From contig CAVVNQ010000004.1 in NCBI GenBank assembly GCA_963749705.1, positions 32,001-96,000 on the forward strand: 64,000 nt of DNA, in the 5' to 3' direction. Below are positions 29,015-37,051 of this stretch, one piece after another (within the stretch, counting starts at the first letter, position 1; the number at the start of each line of letters is the position of its first letter). This DNA is from an uncultured Chloroflexia bacterium (lineage in GTDB: Bacteria > Chloroflexota > Limnocylindria > Limnocylindrales > CSP1-4). A model generated the notes under the pieces. That model was given only the letters and a program-made list of their open reading frames with translations, made no database searches and was not told the origin of the DNA. A program made the position numbers and the translations under genes.

Positions 29015-30331
29015 TCAGCCGGCGAGCTCCGTGACGACCCACGCCGCCAGCACCCGCGCGCACGCCTCGACCTCCGCGAGCGCCACGTGCTCGTCCGCGG
29101 CGTGCGCGAGGCGGACGTCACCCGGCCCGAAGATGACGCATGGCGTCTCGCCCACGTCGATGAGCAGCCGCATGTCGGCGCCGTAGGGGACGCCCAGGGC
29201 CTGCGGCCGGCGGCCGGTCACCGCCTCCGCGACCGCGGCCAGGCCAACGGGCAGCGGATGATCGCCGGCCACCCGCGCCGAGCCGAAGCGCGCCCCGTCG
29301 ATCTCGATCGTGGCGGGATGCTCGCGGAGGAACGGGTCGGCGTCGCACGCGGCCGCGACGCAGGCCCGGAGCTCGTCCGCGGCGGCCTCGGGGGTCTGGC
29401 CCAGCCGGACGCCATACCGCCCGCCGGCGACCACCCGGTCCATGACCGTCGACTTCCACTCGCCGCCGGCGACCGTCCCGATGATCGTCGGGTACGGGAG
29501 CCCGAGCGCGGTCATCAGCGGGTCCGTCTCGTCCGCGTTGCGGGCGGCCTCGTCGGCCTCGAGCGCGCGGACGATCGTGGCCAGGTTGTCGAGCGCGGAC
29601 ACGCCTTCGAGGCGGCGGCTCGCATGCGCGGCACGCCCCGGGACCGTGAGCCGGAACGTGATGGCGCCGGCGTGGGCCACGACGATGTCGAGCCGGGACG
29701 GCTCGGGGATGATCGCCATGTCGCCGGTCGCACCGGCCCGGATCGCCGCGAGCGTCCCCTGCCCTCCGTCCTCCTCGCTCGGGACGAGGGCCACGATGAG
29801 CTCGCCGTCGAGCCGCGACAACGCATCGGCTGCCCGGAGCGCGCGCACCGCGGCCAGGATCGCGGCGAGCCCGCCCTTCATGTCGCAGGCGCCGCGTCCC
29901 GACAGCTCGCCGTCGCGGATGTCGCCCGAGAACGGATCGCCGGTCCACGTGGCGGGATCCCCGGGCGGGACGACGTCCATGTGCCCGGACAGGACCAGCC
30001 GCCGTCCACCGGGCCGGCCGACTCGCCCGAGCACCACCGGGAGCGTGGTCCGGGCCACCTCCTCTCCGGGCCAGGCCGGGTCGTCCCGGATCGCCGAGGG
30101 ATCCGGGTGGAACACCTCGACGGTCATGCCCAGCGCCTCGAGCCGGTCCGCGAGGTTGCCGGCGATCGTCCACTCGTCGCCGGTGACGCTCGGGATTCGG
30201 ACCAGGGCCGCAAGATCGGCGGCGGTTGCGGCGGGGTCGACGGCATCGGCTGCCGCGCGTGCCAGGTCCGACAGCCCCGCGGCCTGATCCGGCGATCGCT
30301 CGGTCGGCGACCGATCGTCCTCTGTGCTCAT
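29015..30331 (-). CDS. M20 ArgE/DapE-family deacylase
   Basis: SGHMDVVP, GRGACDMKGG, EED, EP, GRAAHA, AHAADE. Confidence 0.92.
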   Translation of the reverse strand: MSTEDDRSPTERSPDQAAGLSDLARAAADAVDPAATAADLAALVRIPSVTGDEWTIAGNLADRLEALGMTVEVFHPDPSAIRDDPAWPGEEVARTTLPVVLGRVGRPGGRRLVLSGHMDVVPPGDPATWTGDPFSGDIRDGELSGRGACDMKGGLAAILAAVRALRAADALSRLDGELIVALVPSEEDGGQGTLAAIRAGATGDMAIIPEPSRLDIVVAHAGAITFRLTVPGRAAHASRRLEGVSALDNLATIVRALEADEAARNADETDPLMTALGLPYPTIIGTVAGGEWKSTVMDRVVAGGRYGVRLGQTPEAAADELRACVAAACDADPFLREHPATIEIDGARFGSARVAGDHPLPVGLAAVAEAVTGRRPQALGVPYGADMRLLIDVGETPCVIFGPGDVRLAHAADEHVALAEVEACARVLAAWVVTELAG

Positions 30332-31197
30332 GCCCGCAGGACGGGCCGGGTCAGGCAGGTCACCCCGCCCGATCCGTTCTCGCCAACCTCGCCCAGCGGG
30401 ATCGCGTGGACCTCGCAGCCGGCCGCCTCGAGCCCCCGCCGGGTACCGTCGTTGCCCTCGGCCACGACGACCACGCCCGGGCGGACGGCCAGCACGTTGC
30501 AGCCCAGCGTCGGGTACTCGGCCTCGGGGACCTGCACCAGGCGGACGCCGAGGTCCGCGAGCAGCTCGTACAGGCCTGCGGGCAGCAGTGGCAGGAACAC
30601 GACCGCCACGTCATCGGCCACCGGCGAGATCACCGACAGCAGGTGCACGAGCTCGGCCGGGCCCTTCCAGTACGGGACGTCGAAGATGCGCACGTCGCCA
30701 CCCACGATCGACGCCAGCTGGCGTGCACCGGCGTCGTTCGTCCGCAGCGTCCGCCCGATGCACAGCAGGTCAGGACGAAGCCAGAACGTGTCGCCGCCCT
30801 CGACCGTGCCCGGCCCCTCGATCCGTCCCAGCGTCGGGATCCCGTGCGCCGCCGTCCATGCCTCGAGCACGGCCGGCTCGCCGGCCCGGTTCGGCTTGCC
30901 GGGTCGGAGCGGGATGGCGCCGCCGTCCGCGATGAGCATCGGGTCGAACACGTAGACCAGGTCCGGATCGTCGGTCTCGGTCTCGAGCCGATGGACGCGG
31001 ACGCCGAGCCGGTCGAGGGTCTCGACCAGGCCGTCGTGCTCGCGCCGAGCGCGCTCGATGTCGACGGGTCGCAGGAACCCGGCCCCGGGGTGGTCGTAGG
31101 CTGCCGCGAACGCCGGTCCGGGCGCATTGACCAGCACGTCGAGCAGCGGCGCCACCATGCTCTGGGCGCCAAAGGCGCGCGGCTCGGGCTGGGTCAT
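30328..31197 (-). CDS. Amidinotransferase / dimethylarginine dimethylaminohydrolase family
   Basis: DLVYVFDP, R.GE, VEGGD, RTN, HL, GGVTCLTRP. Confidence 0.9.
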   Translation of the reverse strand: MTQPEPRAFGAQSMVAPLLDVLVNAPGPAFAAAYDHPGAGFLRPVDIERARREHDGLVETLDRLGVRVHRLETETDDPDLVYVFDPMLIADGGAIPLRPGKPNRAGEPAVLEAWTAAHGIPTLGRIEGPGTVEGGDTFWLRPDLLCIGRTLRTNDAGARQLASIVGGDVRIFDVPYWKGPAELVHLLSVISPVADDVAVVFLPLLPAGLYELLADLGVRLVQVPEAEYPTLGCNVLAVRPGVVVVAEGNDGTRRGLEAAGCEVHAIPLGEVGENGSGGVTCLTRPVLRA

Positions 31198-31304
31198 GGC
31201 ACGCAGGATACGTCGCGCGAACCGCCGACGATCATGGCCGCGGCTCGCGGCCGGGACAGGGCCCGGGCTTCCATCCGGGTGGCCTCGTCGCGTAGCATCC
31301 GCCG

Positions 31305-31565
31305 ATGGCGGGCTACGTCGCGCTCCAGCGCATCGACCGCGTCTCCGTTCGCGCCCTCGCGTGGCACGGATCGATCCGGGTCGAGGGCACCGTACGACGC
31401 GAACGTCCGGCGGTCATCGGGGCCGGCCGGCTCGCGGAACGTTCCCTGGCTGGGCCGCTCCGGGAGCGTCCCCTGCCCGAGCGGATCTCCGAGCGTTGGG
31501 CGATCGTCCGCGAGCAGTGGGCGATCACGACGTTCTTCCTGTTCGATCCCGAGAGCTGGCGCTAG
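31305..31565 (+). CDS. Small hypothetical protein (86 aa)
   Basis: TAGCAT 6 nt before ATG; fills the intergenic gap; ends TTFFLFDPESWR. Confidence 0.6.
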   Translation: MAGYVALQRIDRVSVRALAWHGSIRVEGTVRRERPAVIGAGRLAERSLAGPLRERPLPERISERWAIVREQWAITTFFLFDPESWR

Positions 31566-31598
31566 GACCGGGGGCCGGCCGCACGCCTACCGCTGCCG

Positions 31599-32864
31599 TC
31601 AACCGGCGCGCACCGCGATCTCCCGGAGCTCGTCGACCAGCCGGTCCACCTCGGCCGCCGTGTTGTAGTGGGTGAGCCCGATCCGCAGCACGCCATCGGG
31701 CTCGAGGCCCAGCCGCTCGATCGGGCCGACGGCGTAGAAGTCGCCCCACCAGGTCGCGATCCCCCGCGCACCCAGCGCCGTCGCCGCAGCCTCGGCGGAG
31801 ACGCCGGCGAGGGTCACCGCGGCGGTCGGCGTGCGCTCGGCGAACCGGGCGCGGTCCACGATGCCCCAGGTTCGGAGCCCCGGGATCGACTCGAGACCGT
31901 CGAGCAGCCGCTCGAACAGCGGCATCTCGTAGGCGCGGATCGCGGCCATCCCGGTGTGGGCGTGGAGGCGGCGCCCGGTCATGCCCGGGAACTGCGCCTC
32001 GAGCTCGGTCCCGTATCGCTCCCCCACCCCGGCGATGTACTCGACCGCTGCGAGCGATCCGGCGATCCCCTCGTGGTTGAGGGTGCCCGTCTCGAACCGG
32101 TCGTAGGCCGGGCGGAGCTTGTAGCTGGGCAGGGCGTCGAGCACGTCGCGGCGGCCGTAGAGGATGCCGACGTGGGGGCCGAAGAACTTGTACGCGGAGC
32201 AGGCCAGGAAGTCGGTGCCGATGGCCTGGACGTCGATCGGCAGGTGCGGCGCGGCGTGGACGGCGTCCACGTAGGTCATCGCCCCCGCCTCGTGGGCGCG
32301 GCGGACCAGCTCGGCGACGGGGTTGATCGACCCCACCGCGTTCGACGCCCAGCCGAACGCCACGAGCTTCGGCCGGCCGTGGAGGATCGCGTCGAACGCC
32401 TCGATGTCGAGGGTGACGTCGTCCGTCCGGATGTCGACGGTCCGGACCGGGAGGCCGCGGTCCGCCGCGGCGCTGCGCCACGGTCCGACGTTCGCCTCGT
32501 GATCGAGGCTGGTGACCACGATCTCGTCACCCGGCTGGAGCGAGGCCGCGATCGATCGCGCCACGTGCATCGTGAGGGTGGTCATGTTGGCGCCGAACTT
32601 GATCTCGGATGGATCGGCGGCGTTGAGCAGGTCGGCCAGGGCCACGTGCGCGTCCTCGAGCACGGCATCGCTGCGCTGCGAGGTGAGGAACGGTCCGTCG
32701 TGATTGGCGTTGGACTCGCGGTAGTAGCGCGAGACCGCCTCGATCACGGTGTCCGGGACCTGCGTCCCGCCCGGACCGTCGAACAACGCCACGGGTCGTC
32801 CGTCCTGCCGGATGGCGAGGGCCGGGAAGCGGGCGCGGAGCGCGTCGACGTCGATTGCGGACAT
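31599..32864 (-). CDS. Cysteine desulfurase-like class-V PLP enzyme
   Basis: FDGPGGTQVP, GANMTTL, LDHEANV, ASNAVG, CSAYKFFGPH, FETGT. Confidence 0.92.
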   Translation of the reverse strand: MSAIDVDALRARFPALAIRQDGRPVALFDGPGGTQVPDTVIEAVSRYYRESNANHDGPFLTSQRSDAVLEDAHVALADLLNAADPSEIKFGANMTTLTMHVARSIAASLQPGDEIVVTSLDHEANVGPWRSAAADRGLPVRTVDIRTDDVTLDIEAFDAILHGRPKLVAFGWASNAVGSINPVAELVRRAHEAGAMTYVDAVHAAPHLPIDVQAIGTDFLACSAYKFFGPHVGILYGRRDVLDALPSYKLRPAYDRFETGTLNHEGIAGSLAAVEYIAGVGERYGTELEAQFPGMTGRRLHAHTGMAAIRAYEMPLFERLLDGLESIPGLRTWGIVDRARFAERTPTAAVTLAGVSAEAAATALGARGIATWWGDFYAVGPIERLGLEPDGVLRIGLTHYNTAAEVDRLVDELREIAVRAG

Positions 32865-32985
32865 GGAGCTCCTCACGGTGGCGGAGCCTCGATGCTAGCG
32901 CGAGTCACGATCGCCGGTTCGGCGGCCGGGCCCGGATGGCGGCGCGACCCATCCGTTTGACCGCCGGGGTCGGCCGCCCAAACAG

Positions 32986-33024
32986 GTAATTGCATTGGCA
33001 ACTACCTCGCGGATGCGGTAGCAT
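32986..33024 (+). promoter_or_regulatory. MarR promoter with overlapping palindromic operator
   Basis: GTAATTGC-ATTG-GCAACTAC overlapping TTGGCA-18-TAGCAT. Confidence 0.65.
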
Positions 33025-33030
33025 GAGCCC

Positions 33031-33576
33031 ATGACAACGGAGCTCGTCAAGGGCGACGCGACGTCCCCCGATGCCGCCTCGGCGCCCGCCATCCCGACCG
33101 GCGATGACGGGCGACTTGATGCCTGGCGCAGCTTCCTGCACGCGCATGCGCGCCTCACCAGGCGGATGGACGAGGAGCTGCAGACGGCCCACCGCCTGTC
33201 GCTCGCGGAGTACGACGCGCTGATCCAGCTCGCCGGCAGCCCCGGACGGCGCCTGCGCATGAGCGCCCTCGCGGAGCGCGTGCTGCTGTCGCGCAGCGGG
33301 CTCACGCGGCTGGTCGATCGGCTCGAGGCGGGCGGCATGGTCAGGCGATCCGCGTGCGCAACCGATGCGCGCGGCGCGGAGGCGATCCTGACCACGACCG
33401 GCGTCCAGCGGCTGCGCACGGCGTCGCAGACGCACCTCGCCGGGGTGCAGCGGTACTTCCTGGACGTGATCGCGGCCGACGATCGGGCGGCGATCAAGCG
33501 CGGGCTGGACCAGGTGATCGACGAGCTCGGCTGCAACGCCGAGGCGGATCCCGGCCGGGCCACGGAGGAAGGCTGA
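33031..33576 (+). CDS. MarR-family regulator
   Basis: LSLAEYD, LRMSALA, SRSGLTRLVDRLE, DARG. Confidence 0.93.
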   Translation: MTTELVKGDATSPDAASAPAIPTGDDGRLDAWRSFLHAHARLTRRMDEELQTAHRLSLAEYDALIQLAGSPGRRLRMSALAERVLLSRSGLTRLVDRLEAGGMVRRSACATDARGAEAILTTTGVQRLRTASQTHLAGVQRYFLDVIAADDRAAIKRGLDQVIDELGCNAEADPGRATEEG

Positions 33577-34325
33577 CGCCGGACGTCGCCCGGCAGCCGG
33601 GACGCGTTCTGGCCGGCACCAGCGGCTTCGCGTACGCCGGCTGGGCGCCACGCTTCTACCCCGACGGGCTTCCCGCACGCGGGCGCCTCAGCCACTATGC
33701 CGCCCGGCTGCCTGCCTGCGAGCTCAACAACACGTTCTACGCGCGCCCCACCGTGGACCGGATCCGCGCCTGGTGCTCGGCGACGCCCGCCGGCTTCCGG
33801 TTCATCGTCAAGGCCCAGCGCGGGGCGAGCATCCGGGCGCTGTACGCGGATCCCGCGACCTCGGTCCCGTGGCTGACGGAGACGCTGCCGGAGTTCGGGG
33901 CACGGCTGGGCGGCGTCCTGTTCCGCGTTCCGGGTGAGGTTCCGCGCAACGACGAGCGGCTGGAGGGCCTGCTCCGCGCATGGCCCGCGAGCCTTCCCCT
34001 CGTGCTCGAGGCCCAGCACGCGTCGTGGCAGGCGGACGAGGTGTTCGCCGCGCTGCGTGCCGCCGGCGCCGTCCTGTGCACGACGGATCTCGACGAGGTG
34101 GACGACCCGCCCGACATCCGTCGCACCGGCCCGTTCCTGTACCTCCGCCTGCGACGAGCCGCCTACGACGAAGCGGCGCTCGATGCCTGGGCCCGGCGCC
34201 TGGTCCCGTTCCTCGACGACGGGCTGGATGCCTACGTGCTGTTCCGGCACGACGAGGACGGGCAGACCGCGCTCCAGGCCGAGACGTTCGCGGCACGCGT
34301 CGACCGGGTCCGCACCGGCGGCTGA
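33573..34325 (+). CDS. DUF72 family protein
   Basis: GTSGFAY..W...FYP, ELNNTFY, YLRLR; probable CTG start overlapping the MarR stop. Confidence 0.88.
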   Translation: MTPDVARQPGRVLAGTSGFAYAGWAPRFYPDGLPARGRLSHYAARLPACELNNTFYARPTVDRIRAWCSATPAGFRFIVKAQRGASIRALYADPATSVPWLTETLPEFGARLGGVLFRVPGEVPRNDERLEGLLRAWPASLPLVLEAQHASWQADEVFAALRAAGAVLCTTDLDEVDDPPDIRRTGPFLYLRLRRAAYDEAALDAWARRLVPFLDDGLDAYVLFRHDEDGQTALQAETFAARVDRVRTGG

Positions 34326-34416
34326 CCGACCACCCCGGCCCACCAGCCGGATCTCGTCGCGCTCGAAGCGCGGCCAGGGTGGGTCACGGTCCATGCCGGT
34401 ACCCTGTGGCCAACTG

Positions 34417-35767
34417 ATGAAGCGCCACAGGCCGGTCACCGGCACCAGCACGCCGATCCGGCCCCTTGCCCTGCCGATGACCCTCGCCCTCGTCGCTGGC
34501 CTGGTCGCATGCGGCGGGGACACGTCCCGATCCCCCGCCGGAACGCCCGTCGCCACGTCGGGTGAGTCCGGCGTCGCAACGCCGGCGACCACGCCAGCCT
34601 CGACGCCGGCGGCCACTCCGAGCTCGAGGCCGACGCCGGGGCCGACCGCGTCCGGCGTCGCCGGATCCGAACGCCCGGACCTGGCCGCCGTCTCCGTGAC
34701 CGTTGACCCCGTCGCATCGGGCTTCGCGCAGCCCTTGTTCGTCACCCCGGCAGCGCGACGGCTCGGGGCGCCTGTTCGTGCTCGAGCAGGGCGGCCGGAT
34801 CCGGATCGTCCGCAATGGGAACGTGCTGGCGACCCCGTTCCTGGACATTTCCAGCCGCGTCGCCGCCGGCGGCGAACGCGGGTTGCTCGGCCTCGCCTTC
34901 CCGCCCGGCTTCGGCGCCGGCCGGACGACGTTCTACGTGCATTACTCGGACACGCAGGGAGACACCACGATCTCGGAGTTCCGCCTGTCCCCGGACAACC
35001 CCGATGTCGCCGACGCGGCATCCGAGCGGATCCTGCTCACGGCGAAGCAGCCGTACGCGAATCACAACGGGGGCTGGATCGGGTTCGATGCTGACGGCAT
35101 GCTGCTGATCGGGCTGGGCGACGGCGGCAGCGGCGGCGACCCCGAGAACCGTGCCAGCAGCCTGGACACGCTGCTGGGCAAGATCCTGCGGATCGACGTG
35201 CTCGGTGCGGCGTCCGGGCAGGCATACGGGATCCCGGCGGACAACCCGTTCGTGGGACGGCCCGGGGCGTTGCCGGAGATCCTCCACTTCGGGCTGCGCA
35301 ACCCGTTCCGCGACAGCATCGACCCTGCGACCGGCAACCTGTGGATCGGCGACGTGGGTCAGAGCGCGTGGGAGGAGGTCGATGTCGCGCCGGCTGGGTC
35401 GCGTGGGCTCGACTTTGGCTGGCGCCGCTGGGAAGGCGCCCACTGCTACAACCCGGACACCGGCTGCGACCCCCGGGGCGTGACCATGCCCGTGTCGGAG
35501 TACCCGCACCCGACAGGGTGCTCGATCATCGGCGGCGTCGTCTACCACGGTGCCGCGATCGCGGACCTCCGTGGCGCATACCTGTTCTCGGACTATTGCG
35601 CGGGCACGCTGTGGGCGATCGATGCCGGCTTCGCGGCCCGGCAGCCGCCGATCACGCTCGCGGAGACCGGGCGTGCCATCAGCTCGCTGGGCACCGGCGA
35701 GGACGGCGAGGTCTACCTGACCGACATCGCCGGCGGCGAGCTGCTGCGGCTGGTCGCGAAGGGCTGA
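34417..35767 (+). CDS. Lipoprotein PQQ-dependent sugar dehydrogenase (GSDH family), +1 frameshift near 34752
   Basis: Lipobox LVAC and Pro/Thr linker in one frame; DGSGRLFV.EQ.G, ERGLLG, HNGG, GDGG, GKILRID, GLRNP in the next. Confidence 0.88.
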
Positions 35768-35785
35768 TCGCGGCCGGTCCGAGGG

Positions 35786-36694
35786 CTACCCGGCCGGCCG
35801 GGAGGCCGTGCTCACCTCGGGCGCGGCGCTGGTCGCTGCGGGCAGTCGCCGCACCGGCCGCAGGAACAGCGCCAGGACGGCGACGACGTAGGCCGCCCAC
35901 ACGAGCAGCGTGATGACCTCGGGCTGCGAGGTGTAGCCGAGCAGCGCGCGCAGCAGCTGGCCGACGACCAGGACGGCTCCACCCGGAGCGCCCGCGATCG
36001 CCTCGTGTGGCAGGGTGCGCGAGATGTCGAACGCGATCGAGGACCCGACGGGAACCCAGCCGATCTCGACGAGCTCGTGGATCGCCCGCGACACGAGGCC
36101 GGCCGCGATGAAGATCAGCGCGATCCCCGTCCAGCGGAAGAACACCCGAAGGTCGATCAGGCGCGCGCCGCGGTAGAACCCGACACCCAGCAGCGCGGCG
36201 ATCCCGAGCCCGGCGACGGCGCCCAGGAGCACGCTTGGCGCGCCGCTGCGGACGGAGGTGGCCTGGCCGACCAGGAACAGGGACGTCTCGAGGCCCTCGC
36301 GGATGACCGCGCTGAAGGCGAGCACGGCCAGGCCCAGGACCGACCCGTCGGACAGCGCGCGCTCGAGCGCGGCGTGGAGGTCGCTCCGCACCGAGGCCGA
36401 CTGGCGGCGCATCCAGAACAGCATCCAGGTCACGACCGCGCAGGCCAGCAGCATCGCCAGGGCCTCGAACAGCTGCTCGTACGGCTCCGGCAGCTCGCCG
36501 ACCGTGATGAACAGCACCAGTCCCGCGAGCAGGCTCAGCACGATCGCGGCGGCGGTGCCGGCCCAGATCCGCCCGAACTGCGCCCGGTTCCCGGTTCGGC
36601 CGAGGTAGGACAGGATGATGCTGACGATCAGCGCCGCCTCGACCCCCTCGCGGAGACCGGTGAGCAGGCCGCTCGTGAAGGAACCGACATCCAA
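35786..36694 (-). CDS. FTR1/EfeU-family iron permease
   Basis: Two RExxE motifs (LREGVE, IREGLE), multiple TM segments. Confidence 0.93.
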   Translation of the reverse strand: MDVGSFTSGLLTGLREGVEAALIVSIILSYLGRTGNRAQFGRIWAGTAAAIVLSLLAGLVLFITVGELPEPYEQLFEALAMLLACAVVTWMLFWMRRQSASVRSDLHAALERALSDGSVLGLAVLAFSAVIREGLETSLFLVGQATSVRSGAPSVLLGAVAGLGIAALLGVGFYRGARLIDLRVFFRWTGIALIFIAAGLVSRAIHELVEIGWVPVGSSIAFDISRTLPHEAIAGAPGGAVLVVGQLLRALLGYTSQPEVITLLVWAAYVVAVLALFLRPVRRLPAATSAAPEVSTASRPAG

Positions 36695-36754
36695 GGGACG
36701 TGCTCCTGTGGCGGGGTTGGGACGCGGGGACGCCGCGGCCATCGGAACGACGAG

Positions 36755-36784
36755 ATGCTAGGGCGCGTCCGACGGACTCGTCAA
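36755..36784 (-). promoter_or_regulatory. FTR1 promoter
   Basis: Minus-strand TTGACG-18-TAGCAT. Confidence 0.55.
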
Positions 36785-37051
36785 GCGCCCTTGCCGATCT
36801 CGATCAAGCGCCCCTTACCCATCGTGGCAGGGCCGTTCCCCGGCGGGTGCCGGACGCGATCCGCCAGGCTGACATGCGCCTGTAATGCGCACGCAACCGT
36901 CACAGCCGAGATCGATCACATGCGGGTCCTAGACTTGGCGGCGAACAACGTTTCATCCGCCGATGCCGAGCCTGTGACGGGGCCGGCAACGGGCCTCACG
37001 CCGCACGATCCGGTCCCCTCCCGGGTCGTGCGGCGTACTCATGGACGGTGG

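Noticed and set aside
23044-29121. 2025-aa minus-strand ORF
   Set aside because: Antisense shadow of the TM0106 and upstream genes; Arg/Gly-rich with no motifs, typical of high-GC DNA
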